From Pseudidiomarina sp. (GTDB lineage Bacteria > Pseudomonadota > Gammaproteobacteria > Enterobacterales > Alteromonadaceae): a stretch of DNA of 64,000 nucleotides. The position numbers and the translations under genes are program-made. The notes beneath the pieces were generated by a model that was not told the DNA's origin, did not search any database, and saw nothing but the letters and a program-made list of their open reading frames with translations. Location of the stretch: the NCBI GenBank assembly GCA_048269045.1, contig JBLWUG010000011.1:24602-88601 (forward strand), read 5' to 3'. Positions 21,009 through 31,448 of this stretch are shown piece by piece; the first letter of the stretch is position 1; each line of letters begins with the position of its first letter.

Positions 21009-21045
21009 GCTCGGGACAACCCGGATTCGTCCCGAGCATTTTTTT
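21009..21045 (+). terminator. strong rho-independent terminator between ycfH and prpD
   Basis: GCTCGGGAC (21009-21017), 11-nt loop, GTCCCGAGC (21029-21037), then T7 (21039-21045). Confidence 0.85.
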
Positions 21046-21068
21046 GCCTTCAAAATTAGTGGGTTAGT

Positions 21069-22517
21069 ATGAACACAACTGTTGAAGCCAATATTAGACC
21101 ACCTTTCGATGATGAACTCCAAAGCATAGCTGACTACGTTCTCAGTCACCCTAAATTGAGTGATGAAGCTTTGCAAACGGCACAGCTCTGTCTGATGGAT
21201 ACTTTAGGCTGTGGCATGCTCGCGTTGAAGTATCCTGAGTGCAGAAAACTACTTGGTCCTGTGGTTGAAGGTACGCAAGTTCCCCTTGGCGCCAGAGTGC
21301 CTGGAACTGCATTTCGACTCGACCCCATTAAAGCTGCTTGGGATATTGGTTGTATGGTGCGCTGGTTAGATTTTAACGATACCTGGCTGGCGGCCGAGTG
21401 GGGGCATCCATCGGATAATTTGGGCGCTATTTTAGCAGTGACGGATTGGGTGTCGCAGCAACGGGCGCACCAAGGCAAACCACCTTTGACCATGCAAACG
21501 GTGCTGGAAGCGATGATTAAGGCCCATGAAATTCAAGGTGTTTTAGCTTTAGAAAATAGCTTTAATGCAGTGGGACTCGATCACGTGGTATTAGTTAAAG
21601 TGGCTTCTACTGCAGTGGCTTCTTGGTTGCTTGGCGGCACGCGAGAACAGATTATAAATGCGCTTTCTCATGCTTGGGTAGATGGGCAAGCGTTACGAAC
21701 CTATCGTCACGCACCTAACGCTGGCTCGCGTAAATCATGGGCGGCCGGTGATGCTACTTCACGCGCGGTACATTTGGCGTTAATCAGCCTACGTGGTGAA
21801 ATGGGGATTCCAACGGCATTGTCGGCGCCAAAGTGGGGCTTCTATGAGGTTTCATTTGGTGGACAGTGTTTCAGCTTGCCACGGGACTTCGGCTGTTACG
21901 TTATGGAAAACGTGCTATTCAAATTACAGTATCCGGCTGAGTTTCACGCGCAAACTGCGTGCGAAGCAGGTGTGATATTGCACTCTGAGCTACAAGGTCG
22001 TTTTGACGAAATCGAAAAAATATTGATCACCACCCATGAATCTGCCATTCGCATTATTTCCAAAGAGGGTGATTTAGCAAACCCTGCCGATCGTGATCAC
22101 TGTTTGCAATATATGACGGCATTAGCATTGCTATTTGGTGATGTGACAGCCGACTTTTATGAAGATGAATTCCATCAGCAACACCCTGAAATTGATGAGC
22201 TTCGAGCGAAGATGGAAGTGGTGGAAAGCAAGAAGTTTAGCAAAGATTATCTGGATCCAAGTAAGCGCTCCATCGCCAACGCTATACAGGTTTTCTTTAA
22301 AGATCGCAGTTGTACCGAAGTGGTGACCGTCGAGTATCCTATTGGGCACCGTCGTCGCCGCGAAGAAAGCATTCCAGTATTGAAAAGTAAATTCAAACAG
22401 AATTTGGCAAGCCGATTTCCGGCCCACCAGGTACGTCAATTGATCGAGCTTTGCGAACATGCGCCGACGTTAGTTAAGACGCCGGTGCACGAATTTGTGG
22501 CTGCTTGGTATATCTAA
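21069..22517 (+). CDS. prpD: MmgE/PrpD family protein (2-methylcitrate dehydratase-like)
   Basis: 482 aa, the size of PrpD. Its sequence character is that of PrpD/MmgE family members (..D.LGCG..A......; ..HP.SD..GA.LA..). No prpB, prpC or prpR is nearby. Confidence 0.82.
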   Translation: MNTTVEANIRPPFDDELQSIADYVLSHPKLSDEALQTAQLCLMDTLGCGMLALKYPECRKLLGPVVEGTQVPLGARVPGTAFRLDPIKAAWDIGCMVRWLDFNDTWLAAEWGHPSDNLGAILAVTDWVSQQRAHQGKPPLTMQTVLEAMIKAHEIQGVLALENSFNAVGLDHVVLVKVASTAVASWLLGGTREQIINALSHAWVDGQALRTYRHAPNAGSRKSWAAGDATSRAVHLALISLRGEMGIPTALSAPKWGFYEVSFGGQCFSLPRDFGCYVMENVLFKLQYPAEFHAQTACEAGVILHSELQGRFDEIEKILITTHESAIRIISKEGDLANPADRDHCLQYMTALALLFGDVTADFYEDEFHQQHPEIDELRAKMEVVESKKFSKDYLDPSKRSIANAIQVFFKDRSCTEVVTVEYPIGHRRRREESIPVLKSKFKQNLASRFPAHQVRQLIELCEHAPTLVKTPVHEFVAAWYI

Positions 22518-22533
22518 ACGCGTTTGGCGTGGG

Positions 22534-23877
22534 TTAGCCACGCCAAATAACGAGTAAAATAAGTATGGGGCAGATGAACTTAACGTACCATGGCCAAACC
22601 TTCCAAAACCAGCTGGCTTCCATTTCCGGCGCGCCTTCTTGTAAAGCTTTCAACAAGTAGTTTTGTCGTAATACCCAGGTAAGCAGCACCCCAAAAGTAA
22701 GAGCCAACAATGGTTGCATGTATACCGTAGTAAAGGTAACCACAGCGCCGAACATACTACTGAAATTATAAATAATTAGCGCAGAAACTAAGGCGATCGA
22801 TGCGCCTACTGCCCAGGCCATTTGTGAGCGAGGCTGTCCAGTCTCTTCACGTAAGGCGTTGACCGGTGCTTCCAGCATGGAAATAGACGAGGTGATAGCA
22901 GCGATGACCATCAGCGTAAAGAATGCCAAGGCAACCCAACGGCCGATATCGCCCATTGAGTCAAACATGGCGGGTAAAACAGTAAAGACTAAGGTATCGC
23001 TCGATAGTAAATTGCCAGCTTGATCGTAAATAGATACACCTAATTCTTGCGCGGCAAACATCGCTGGTAAAATCAGTAAACCAGCCAAGAATGCTACTGA
23101 AGTATCTAAGCCTGCAACCCAACCTGCGGTTTTCGGCAAATGCTCGTCACGTGAGAGGTAAGCGCCGTAAGTCATCATACAGCACACCCCAATGGATAAT
23201 GAGAAAAAGGCTTGTCCCATAGCGCGAATAATTAATGTCGGTTCGGTAATTTGACTAAAGTCGGGCGACAGGTACATGGTTAGGCCATTCATCGCACCCG
23301 GTAGGGTTAGAATGTATAGCGCCATTAGAATCAGCAACACGAACAATAGTGGCATCAATCGGCGCGACCAGCGTTCAATGCCGTCGGTAACGCCTGAACG
23401 TACGACTTGGATGGTAACCAGCATGAAGACAGCCATCATGATGAGGTTACGTTCAACGGTAAACTCAGTCAGCCAAGCTGAAACATTGTTAAAGCCTAAA
23501 ATGTCGGCGAGCGGGGCAAACATAAAGCTTAGTAACCAGCCCGACACGATCGCGTAGAAACTTAAGATTAAAGAAAGAACGACCAAACCGACAATTCCGG
23601 TAAAGGTACCGAACACACGCCATAGCGGTTTTTCACTTAATGAGCGTAAGGATTCAACCGGATTTTGTTGGCGTAAACGGCCAATGGTCAACTCGGCTAC
23701 AAGCATGGGGTAGGCTAATAAGCCAACCATGATTAGGTACACGAGTAAAAATGCACCGCCACCATTTTCTGCTGCCTGAGTGGGAAAACCCCAGATGTTT
23801 CCAACACCAACCGCCGATCCGGCCGCTGCAAGAATAAAACCAATGCGTGAAGAGAACGCTGGAGATTGAATAGCCAT
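22534..23877 (-). CDS. sodium-dependent transporter, neurotransmitter:sodium symporter (NSS/SNF) family
   Basis: 447 aa, about 11-12 TM segments, N-terminal ..FSSR.GFILAAAGSAVG.GN.W.FP motif typical of bacterial NSS. Confidence 0.9.
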   Translation of the reverse strand: MAIQSPAFSSRIGFILAAAGSAVGVGNIWGFPTQAAENGGGAFLLVYLIMVGLLAYPMLVAELTIGRLRQQNPVESLRSLSEKPLWRVFGTFTGIVGLVVLSLILSFYAIVSGWLLSFMFAPLADILGFNNVSAWLTEFTVERNLIMMAVFMLVTIQVVRSGVTDGIERWSRRLMPLLFVLLILMALYILTLPGAMNGLTMYLSPDFSQITEPTLIIRAMGQAFFSLSIGVCCMMTYGAYLSRDEHLPKTAGWVAGLDTSVAFLAGLLILPAMFAAQELGVSIYDQAGNLLSSDTLVFTVLPAMFDSMGDIGRWVALAFFTLMVIAAITSSISMLEAPVNALREETGQPRSQMAWAVGASIALVSALIIYNFSSMFGAVVTFTTVYMQPLLALTFGVLLTWVLRQNYLLKALQEGAPEMEASWFWKVWPWYVKFICPILILLVIWRG

Positions 23878-23906
23878 AGTTGTTTCTTATCGTTCTAGTT
23901 AATGGT

Positions 23907-24917
23907 TTAGGCTGTCAGTTCGCCACGCAAGTTGGTTTCTAATAGCGTATTTATTTCTTGCGATGACAATGATTTTGAAAGCAAATAATGTAGCTTCGTT
24001 AGCGCGGCTTCGATGGTCATATCATGACCACTGACGACACCAACTTCTGCGAGAGCGTTGCCCGTGGCATAGCCACTCATGTTTACTTTACCACGAAAGC
24101 ACTGGGTGCAATTTAACACGACTATACCTTGTTCGGTAGCCCGTTTTATACTTTGCAGTAAATGTGGATCTTGCGGTGCATTGCCAACCCCGAAGCTTTG
24201 CAGAATAAGCGCTTTTACTGGCTGATAAAGCATGTTGTCGAGGAGGGTGGCTGAAATGCCCGGATACAAAGTCGCCACGTTGATGGCTTGTGGGGTAACA
24301 GGCGTTACTTGCAGCGGTGTTTGTACTAACGGCTGCACTTGACCTTGTTCAACGGTAATTTGAATACCGGCTCGCAATAACGGTCCGAAATTAGGCGATT
24401 CAAAAGCATTGAAGCCATTAGCGTCAGCTTTGGTAGAGCGATTGCCGCGATATAAGGTGTTATTGAAAAACAGTGCAACTTCGTGAATGGGGTAATTAGC
24501 CGCAATATAAAGCGCATTGAGCAAATTGGTTTGTCCATCTGAACGCAACGCAGCTAACGGTATTTGGGAGCCGGTAATGATGACGGGCTTGCCCAGGTTT
24601 TCAAACATGAAGGATAATGCTGAAGCGGTATAGGCCATGGTATCGGTGCCATGCAAGATAACGAAGCCATCGTATTCAGCGTAGTTACTTTTTATATCGT
24701 CGGCGATAATCTGCCAGTCAGCTGGCGACATGTTCGACGAGTCCATTAAAGGTTGGTATTCGCGGATCGTGAAAGCCGGCATTTCATCACGATAAAACTC
24801 CGGCATATTCTGAACACACTCGGTCAAAAAGCCAGACACAGGGATGTAACCCTGTGTCGACTTTTGCATTCCAATGGTACCGCCCGTATAGGCGACATAT
24901 ATATTTTTCTTGGTCAT
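23907..24917 (-). CDS. ansA: cytoplasmic L-asparaginase I
   Basis: 336 aa with ..YTGGTIGM.. and ..HGTDTMAYTA.. catalytic motifs. It directly follows sppA, as in E. coli. Confidence 0.94.
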   Translation of the reverse strand: MTKKNIYVAYTGGTIGMQKSTQGYIPVSGFLTECVQNMPEFYRDEMPAFTIREYQPLMDSSNMSPADWQIIADDIKSNYAEYDGFVILHGTDTMAYTASALSFMFENLGKPVIITGSQIPLAALRSDGQTNLLNALYIAANYPIHEVALFFNNTLYRGNRSTKADANGFNAFESPNFGPLLRAGIQITVEQGQVQPLVQTPLQVTPVTPQAINVATLYPGISATLLDNMLYQPVKALILQSFGVGNAPQDPHLLQSIKRATEQGIVVLNCTQCFRGKVNMSGYATGNALAEVGVVSGHDMTIEAALTKLHYLLSKSLSSQEINTLLETNLRGELTA

Positions 24918-26777
24918 TTAGTTCATTGGGCAAAGTTCACAAAGTGTGTAAACACCTTGCGGGTCATTAAATTTAGTAGTGGCCTCAACTTCACTCCAAA
25001 TACGACGAATCTGTGCTTCAACAGGTGACATCGGTTGTACATCTCGAGTCATAGGCAATAACGCATGTGCCTGACCAAAGAATTCTTTCAAGAATTGCTC
25101 ACGAGGGCTCAATTCTTGTGTAACCGTTACCACTTTGTAGTCGCTAACATCAGCGCGTTTGGCGGCTGCTGCAATAGCGTCATCGAAGTTACCGAGGTAG
25201 TCCACTAAGCCTAGTTCTTGTGCCTTGCGCCCAGTCCAAATGCGGCCTTGTGCGATGGCATGAACTTCATCGTAGGTCATATCACGATTTTCGGCGACCA
25301 TGCTAACAAAATCTCGGTAGATTTTCTCAATAGAAACTTGCACTAAATGTTTAGCGCTATCGTCTAAGCCTCGAGTGATATCAATCAATGGGAGGTTGGT
25401 GGTGTGATAACCATCGTTGTAAACCCCAATAGAAGCCAGTGAGTCTTCGATAGTAAACAGCAAGCCAAATACCCCGATAGAACCCGTAATTGTGGTTGGC
25501 GTTGCCCAAATCTCATCTGCACTCATGGAGATCCAGTAGCCACCTGAAGCTGCTAACGAGCTCATCGAAGCGATAACTGGAATACCTGCTTTTTTCAGTT
25601 CCAAAACTTCTTGGCGAATAACTTCTGAAGCAAAGGCACTACCACCAGGGCTATCTACACGTAGTACCACAGCCTTAGTGTTTTCGTTCAAGCGCGCTTT
25701 ACGAAGCAGGGCAGCAGTACTATCGCCACCGATACCACCGGCTTTTTGTGAACCGTCAACAATCACGCCGCGGGCAATTACAACAGCAACTTCGTTTTTG
25801 CTATCAACGTCTTTAGAAGGCTTTTGCGTATGACCATTCAATACAGTTAAGTAATCTTTATGGCCAATTTTACGCCAAGATTTTTCGTCTTCATCTAAGC
25901 CAGTTAAATTAATCATTTCTTGGCGAAAGGCTTCACGACTAAGTAAGTTATCGACTAAGTTCGTTGCTAAAGCCATTTTCGCGATATCATTTTCGCTATC
26001 GCTTAATGCATCTTTTACCCCTTCAAAGGAGCTGCTCAATACACGTGCATCGATATCGCGCTGTTGGCTAATATCGTCAAGGTATAGTTGCCATAACTCG
26101 TCATAAAGTTCTTTGTTGGCAGTGCGAGCTTGCTCGGACATATCGCTACGGGTAAAAGGTTCGACCGCAGATTTGTATTGGCCCACTTTAAACACGTGCG
26201 TTGAAATCTTCAGTTTGCCTAACAGCTCTTTGAAGTACAGGTTATAACGACCAAAACCTTCCATAGCGACCATACCTAACGGGTTTAGGTATAAGTTATC
26301 GGCATAAGTAGCCAAGTAGTATTGGTTTTGAGTATAAACATCATTGTAGGTGATAACCGGTTTACCCGACTCTCTAAACTCGAGCAGTGCTTTACCGACT
26401 TCACGCATTTTATTAAAACCACCACCAGCAAAGCGGCCGAGTTCTAATTGAATTCCGCTAATGCGCTCATCGTTTGCGGCTTCTTCGATACTTTTAAGGA
26501 CATCAGCAAGAAGAATCTCTGGCATTTTATCGCCGCCACCGAATGCTTCTTCAAAAAACTTGTCCATAGGATCGACCCAAGTTTCTTCATCAACCAGCTT
26601 ACCATTAAGGTTAAGCACAAGAAGACCGTTCTCAGGTACTGTAAGTTGCTCTTCGTCAGCCATAAATAGCGCAAAAACGAAGATTAGTAATATAAAGAAA
26701 ATAATATTAAGTAATACTTTCCGTATTGCGTTAATGAGGCTAAACAGTTTTTTGAATACCGTTGCAATGGCGCTCAT
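24918..26777 (-). CDS. sppA: signal peptide peptidase SppA (protease IV, 67K type)
   Basis: 619 aa with an N-terminal TM segment and duplicated ClpP/crotonase-like S49 domains (..AASGGYW.. and GS.GV). Divergent from ydjA, as in E. coli. Confidence 0.94.
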   Translation of the reverse strand: MSAIATVFKKLFSLINAIRKVLLNIIFFILLIFVFALFMADEEQLTVPENGLLVLNLNGKLVDEETWVDPMDKFFEEAFGGGDKMPEILLADVLKSIEEAANDERISGIQLELGRFAGGGFNKMREVGKALLEFRESGKPVITYNDVYTQNQYYLATYADNLYLNPLGMVAMEGFGRYNLYFKELLGKLKISTHVFKVGQYKSAVEPFTRSDMSEQARTANKELYDELWQLYLDDISQQRDIDARVLSSSFEGVKDALSDSENDIAKMALATNLVDNLLSREAFRQEMINLTGLDEDEKSWRKIGHKDYLTVLNGHTQKPSKDVDSKNEVAVVIARGVIVDGSQKAGGIGGDSTAALLRKARLNENTKAVVLRVDSPGGSAFASEVIRQEVLELKKAGIPVIASMSSLAASGGYWISMSADEIWATPTTITGSIGVFGLLFTIEDSLASIGVYNDGYHTTNLPLIDITRGLDDSAKHLVQVSIEKIYRDFVSMVAENRDMTYDEVHAIAQGRIWTGRKAQELGLVDYLGNFDDAIAAAAKRADVSDYKVVTVTQELSPREQFLKEFFGQAHALLPMTRDVQPMSPVEAQIRRIWSEVEATTKFNDPQGVYTLCELCPMN

Positions 26778-26913
26778 AAGTGATTCCTTTTTTGAGGGTT
26801 TTATCTCATTGCAAGATACCTTATGTTTTTCTGTTACTCCAGTAAGACAATGTAACAGTTCGTGACATTTGATAAGCTATCCCCATAAAGTCAGATATTA
26901 ATTAGAGGTTTAT

Positions 26914-27465
26914 ATGCAAGCTCTTGAACTATTAAGAACGCGATCGTCGATGCCGCGATTGATTGAACCAGGCCCGACGACGGCACAGTTGGATGTTTTA
27001 TTAGAGGCCGCCGCTCGCGCGCCAGATCATATGACCTTAACACCCTATAAAATAATGGTCTTTCAAGGTGATGGTCGTTTGAAACTTGGAGAGATTATGC
27101 AAGAGGCGGCTGCGGCTAAGAATATGCCGGAAGCCAAAGTAACTAGAGCAAGCCAACTGCCGCTGCGCGCACCCATGGTGATTGTCGTCGCGATGGAATA
27201 TGAACCACACGATTCGGTACCTCGCAATGAACAGTTATCTTGTTCTGCTTGTGTCGCATTACTGATGCAGCAGGCAGCTTTTGCTCAGGGTTTAGGGGCG
27301 ATCTGGCGTACCGGTTGGTTTGCCGAAGATGAATTGGTAAAAGAGCGTTTAGGCTTACGTAAAGAAGATGCCATTGTCAGTATGCTTTATGTCGGCACAC
27401 CGGCAGTACCAACCCCGATTAAACCAGCGAAAGACATCGCTGAAAATGTAGAAGTGATTAGCTAG
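26914..27465 (+). CDS. ydjA: NAD(P)H nitroreductase YdjA
   Basis: 183-aa small nitroreductase-family protein (..R.S......PGP.......L..A..APDH..L.P..). Syntenic with E. coli ydjA-sppA. Confidence 0.88.
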   Translation: MQALELLRTRSSMPRLIEPGPTTAQLDVLLEAAARAPDHMTLTPYKIMVFQGDGRLKLGEIMQEAAAAKNMPEAKVTRASQLPLRAPMVIVVAMEYEPHDSVPRNEQLSCSACVALLMQQAAFAQGLGAIWRTGWFAEDELVKERLGLRKEDAIVSMLYVGTPAVPTPIKPAKDIAENVEVIS

Positions 27466-27471
27466 AAAAAG

Positions 27472-27498
27472 AAAACCCCGCAGCATGCGGGGTTTTTT
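27472..27498. terminator. bidirectional terminator between ydjA (+) and asnS (-)
   Basis: aaaaCCCCGCagcatGCGGGGtttttt. Confidence 0.88.
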
Positions 27499-27517
27499 GT
27501 AACAGCTTGCTGCCTGA

Positions 27518-28918
27518 TTAAAAGTCAGCGTGACTCGGGTAACGAGGGAAGGGGATCACGTCACGGATGTTACTCATTCCCGTAACATAGGTAACTAAAC
27601 GCTCGAAACCAAGGCCAAAACCAGCATGAGGAACGGTACCGTAACGACGTAAGTCGCGATACCACGAGTAGGTTTCTAAAGGTAAGCCCATCTCTACCAT
27701 GCGTGCATCTAAGCGCTCTAGGCGCTCTTCACGCGCACTACCACCGATAATCTCACCAATGCCAGGGGCAAGCACATCCATAGCTGCTACCGTCTTGCCA
27801 TCTTCGTTTTGGCGCATGTAGAAAGCTTTGATGTCCTTCGGGTAGTTTTTCAATACCACAGGTGCGCCCACATGCTCTTCAGCGAGATAGCGCTCATGTT
27901 CGGATTGTAAATCTACACCCCATTCAACAGGGTACTCGAACTTCTTGCCACACTGCTGCAAGATTTCTACCGCTTCGGTGTAATCCATATGCACGAATTT
28001 GTTGTCGAGCAAGTGTTGCAAGCGGGTGAGGACATCTTTATCAACGCGTTGTTGGAAGAATGCCATGTCGTCGGCGCGCTCATCAAGAACAGCTTGAATA
28101 CAATACTTGAGCATATCTTCGGCTAAATAGGCGATATCGTCTAAATCAGCGAAGGCCAATTCAGGTTCAACCATCCAAAATTCAGCTAAGTGACGGCTGG
28201 TGTTTGAGTTTTCAGCACGGAAGGTCGGACCGAAAGTATAAATCTTCGACAGCGCACAAGCGTATGACTCACCGTTTAACTGGCCAGAGACCGTAAGGAA
28301 AGTCTCTTTACCAAAGAAATCTTCGCTAAAATCAACCTTGCCTTCATCAGTGCGTGGCAGGTTCATCATATCCAAGGTAGATACGCGGAACATTTCACCA
28401 GCGCCTTCGGCATCAGATGCGGTAATCACTGGCGTAGCTACCCACATGTATCCACGTTCGTGGAAGAAGCGGTGGAGGGCTTGTGACAAACAGTTGCGAA
28501 CGCGCATCACCGCACCAGTAATATTGGTACGCGGGCGTAAGTGCGCATATTCACGTAAGTATTCCATCGAATGACGCTTTGGCGCCATCGGATAAGTGTC
28601 AGGATCTTCAACCATGCCGTAAATTTTTACCGCAGTGGCTTGAATCTCATAGGTTTGACCTTTGCCTTCGGACTCAACCACGGTGCCAGTTACAGCCAGG
28701 CTACAACCGCTGGTTAGCTTGAGCACTTCAGTTTCGTAATTATCTAGATTATTGGGCACCACTGCTTGAATAGGATCAAAACAAGTACCGTCATGCACAT
28801 TGATAAATGAAATACCGGCTTTAGAATCTCGGCGGGTACGAACCCAACCGCGTACGGTTATTTCATCACCAACGGCAACTTTTCCCGATAATACATCGAC
28901 AATTGCAGCGAAGGACAT
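27518..28918 (-). CDS. asnS: asparagine--tRNA ligase
   Basis: 466 aa class IIb aaRS. The N-terminal OB fold starts ..V.GWV...R.SKAG.SF. The C-terminus ends ..GFG.GFERL..Y.TG..N.RD.IPFPR.P..A.F. Confidence 0.97.
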   Translation of the reverse strand: MSFAAIVDVLSGKVAVGDEITVRGWVRTRRDSKAGISFINVHDGTCFDPIQAVVPNNLDNYETEVLKLTSGCSLAVTGTVVESEGKGQTYEIQATAVKIYGMVEDPDTYPMAPKRHSMEYLREYAHLRPRTNITGAVMRVRNCLSQALHRFFHERGYMWVATPVITASDAEGAGEMFRVSTLDMMNLPRTDEGKVDFSEDFFGKETFLTVSGQLNGESYACALSKIYTFGPTFRAENSNTSRHLAEFWMVEPELAFADLDDIAYLAEDMLKYCIQAVLDERADDMAFFQQRVDKDVLTRLQHLLDNKFVHMDYTEAVEILQQCGKKFEYPVEWGVDLQSEHERYLAEEHVGAPVVLKNYPKDIKAFYMRQNEDGKTVAAMDVLAPGIGEIIGGSAREERLERLDARMVEMGLPLETYSWYRDLRRYGTVPHAGFGLGFERLVTYVTGMSNIRDVIPFPRYPSHADF

Positions 28919-29001
28919 GGGTTTACAAACTCCAATAAGGTTAGGGTGAAAAACAAATAGGCTGTTATGTTACCTTGCTTTTCGCCAGACTCAAGTGAAA
29001 A

Positions 29002-30285
29002 TCATAGGCTTTCGACGACAAATGTGACCGCTTGGGTCAATTGGTGCAATTGTTCAGCAGTTATGATGAACGGCGGCATCACATAGATTAGCCGACCGAA
29101 GGGCCGTATCCATACGCCATGCTCAACAAAAATCTTTTGTATTTCAGCTACATTCACTGCTTCGTTCATTTCCACAACACCGATGGCGCCAAACACTCGA
29201 ACGTCGGCCACCGTACTAACTTGCGCTAAGGGAGCTAATTCTTCATGCAATTGTTTTTCTATCGCGTTCACGCGCTGTTGCCACGGCGATTCGAGCAATA
29301 GCTCTAAACTAGCGTTGGCCACCGCACAGGCGAGCGGGTTCCCCATAAAGGTTGGGCCGTGCATAAAGGTTCCTCCGGCCGGGCCTTGGCTGATCGTATC
29401 TGCAACTGCGCTGGTACATAGCACGGCAGCCAACGTCATATAGCCGCCGGTTAAGGCCTTTCCTAAACACATGATGTCAGGGCTAACTTCAGCATGGTCA
29501 CACGCAAAGAGTTGACCCGTACGACCAAAACCTGTGGCAATTTCATCGGCAATTAACAAAACTTGGAACTCATCACACAGTTGGCGTGCTTGGCGCAAGT
29601 ACTCAGGGTGATAAAAGCGCATGCCGCCAGCGCCTTGCACCATGGGTTCGAGGATTAGTCCTGCTAATTCATTATGGTGCTGCTCGAGGAGCTCGCGCAG
29701 TGGTTGAATTTCATCATTGCTCCAGTCGTCTTGTGGCGTTAATTGCGGTGCCGGAACAAACAGCTGCTCTCTTAAGCTGCCGCTAAATAAGCTATGCATA
29801 CCATTAACCGGGTCACACACGGACATAGCGGCAAAGGTGTCACCGTGGTAACCACCGCGAATAGTAACCATACGGTTTTTTTCTGGGTGACCGCAGGCAA
29901 ACCAATATTGGGTGGCCATTTTTAATGCAACTTCGACGGCAACCGAACCAGAATCGGCTAAAAACACCTTTTGCAGAGGTGGCGGGGTAATTTCAACCAG
30001 TTTGCGACACAAATCTATCGCTGGTTGGTGAGTAATACCGCCAAACATGACGTGACTCATGCGCTGGGTTTGCTCGGCAATGGCGGCATTTAGCTGAGGG
30101 TGGTTATAACCATGGATAGCGGCCCACCACGAGGCCATACCGTCGACCAGGCGCGTACCATCTGCAAGTTCGAGTTCACAGCCAGCAGCGCGCACTACTG
30201 GATACACGGGCAAAGGGTTATTAAATGACGTGTAAGGATGCCAGATATGGTTGCGATCAAATTCGAGGTCTTGTGCTGAAATCAT
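29002..30285 (-). CDS. bioA: adenosylmethionine-8-amino-7-oxononanoate aminotransferase
   Basis: 427-aa class III aminotransferase. Divergent from bioBFCD, as in E. coli. ..[13 protein letters not shown].. motif present. Confidence 0.95.
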   Translation of the reverse strand: MISAQDLEFDRNHIWHPYTSFNNPLPVYPVVRAAGCELELADGTRLVDGMASWWAAIHGYNHPQLNAAIAEQTQRMSHVMFGGITHQPAIDLCRKLVEITPPPLQKVFLADSGSVAVEVALKMATQYWFACGHPEKNRMVTIRGGYHGDTFAAMSVCDPVNGMHSLFSGSLREQLFVPAPQLTPQDDWSNDEIQPLRELLEQHHNELAGLILEPMVQGAGGMRFYHPEYLRQARQLCDEFQVLLIADEIATGFGRTGQLFACDHAEVSPDIMCLGKALTGGYMTLAAVLCTSAVADTISQGPAGGTFMHGPTFMGNPLACAVANASLELLLESPWQQRVNAIEKQLHEELAPLAQVSTVADVRVFGAIGVVEMNEAVNVAEIQKIFVEHGVWIRPFGRLIYVMPPFIITAEQLHQLTQAVTFVVESL

Positions 30286-30331
30286 ATTGGTTAAATATCA
30301 CCCAGTTGTAATGTTCGGAGCGTTAAAAAAG

Positions 30332-30376
30332 TTGACAGTTTAGGGTTTAGCCGTAACCTATGCAAATTGGTTTTAC
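30332..30376. promoter_or_regulatory. divergent bioA/bioB control region: sigma70-like promoter plus candidate BirA operator
   Basis: A perfect TTGACA lies at 30332-30337 with TAACCT 16 nt downstream. An imperfect inverted repeat cGTAACC (30352-58) / GGTTTTACa (30369-77) resembles TGTAAACC half-sites. However, the spacer is about 10 bp, against about 15 bp in E. coli bioO. Confidence 0.3.
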
Positions 30377-30404
30377 ATTTAAATTGCAACAAGTGAGTTC
30401 CTTG

Positions 30405-31445
30405 ATGACTACGGAAACCCGCCATAACTGGACCCCAGACGAGATCGTTAAACTGTTTGAATTACCTTTTAACGACTTGCTCTTTCAAGCGCAACAGGTA
30501 CACCGCGCGAATTTTGATCCTAACGCTGTACAGGTGAGCACATTACTATCGATTAAAACCGGTGCTTGCCCGGAAGATTGTAAATACTGTCCGCAAAGTG
30601 CGCATTACCGTACCGATGTCGACAAGGAAAGATTACTCGCAGTAGAAAAGGTATTGCAAGAGGCACAAGCAGCTAAAGACTCCGGTGCTAGCCGTTTTTG
30701 TATGGGCGCAGCCTGGCGCAATCCTAAAGATCGCGACATGCCGTATGTGATTGAGATGGTAAAAGGCGTTAAAAAACTTGGCCTTGAAACCTGTATGACC
30801 TTAGGCATGTTATCGCCTCATCAAGCAGAAGCGCTGCAACAAGCGGGCCTTGATTATTACAACCATAACCTTGATACCTCACCAGAGTTTTACGGTGAAA
30901 TTATTTCGACTCGTACTTATGCAGACCGACTCACGACTCTGCAAAACGTACGTGACGCCGGGATGAAAGTTTGTGCCGGTGGTATTGTGGGAATGGGCGA
31001 AAGCCGCCGTGACCGCGCTGGTTTGCTGGCACAATTGGCAAATTTACCGCAACACCCTGAAAGTGTGCCCGTAAATATGCTGGTAAAAGTGCAGGGCACG
31101 CCTTTTGCTGATCTCGAGGATCTCGATAACTTTGAGTTTATTCGCACCCTTGCAGTTGCACGTATTCTAATGCCGCAATCATTTGTGCGCTTGTCCGCAG
31201 GCCGTGAAAACATGAACGATGAGATGCAAGCTTTATGCTTTATGGCTGGTGCGAACTCAATTTTCTACGGTGAACGATTGTTAACCACGCCAAACCCAGA
31301 AACCAACCACGATCTTAAGTTGTTTCAACGTTTAGACTTAAAACCGTTGGCAGTTCATGACTATGACGACGAGGTGCATGAAGCGGTAATTAGTGACGCT
31401 GTTGCCGAACAGCATCAACCAGCCATGTTTTACGAAGCGAAGTAG
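30405..31445 (+). CDS. bioB: biotin synthase
   Basis: Radical SAM CxxxCxxC ([11 protein letters not shown]). The start is set to [10 protein letters not shown].. at 30405, because the ORF-track start at 30360 would lie in the operator/promoter region. Confidence 0.96.
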   Translation: MTTETRHNWTPDEIVKLFELPFNDLLFQAQQVHRANFDPNAVQVSTLLSIKTGACPEDCKYCPQSAHYRTDVDKERLLAVEKVLQEAQAAKDSGASRFCMGAAWRNPKDRDMPYVIEMVKGVKKLGLETCMTLGMLSPHQAEALQQAGLDYYNHNLDTSPEFYGEIISTRTYADRLTTLQNVRDAGMKVCAGGIVGMGESRRDRAGLLAQLANLPQHPESVPVNMLVKVQGTPFADLEDLDNFEFIRTLAVARILMPQSFVRLSAGRENMNDEMQALCFMAGANSIFYGERLLTTPNPETNHDLKLFQRLDLKPLAVHDYDDEVHEAVISDAVAEQHQPAMFYEAK

Positions 31446-31448
31446 CTT

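Noticed and set aside
20931-21176. 81-aa minus-strand ORF covering the ycfH-prpD gap
   Set aside because: It runs antisense through the terminator hairpins and into the prpD start. The hairpin/T7 structure explains the region better.
27472-27498. Near-identical terminators (aaaaCCCCGCag..GCGGGGtttt) at 27472 and 58524, considered as copies of a REP-like mobile repeat
   Set aside because: There are only two copies. Similarity is limited to a generic GC stem with A/T flanks, and both sit exactly at gene ends. Ordinary bidirectional terminators are the simpler explanation.
30306-30390. Clear E. coli-like 40-bp bioO palindrome
   Set aside because: Only a shorter imperfect repeat with non-canonical spacing is present. 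It is kept as a low-confidence regulatory feature rather than a confident BirA operator.
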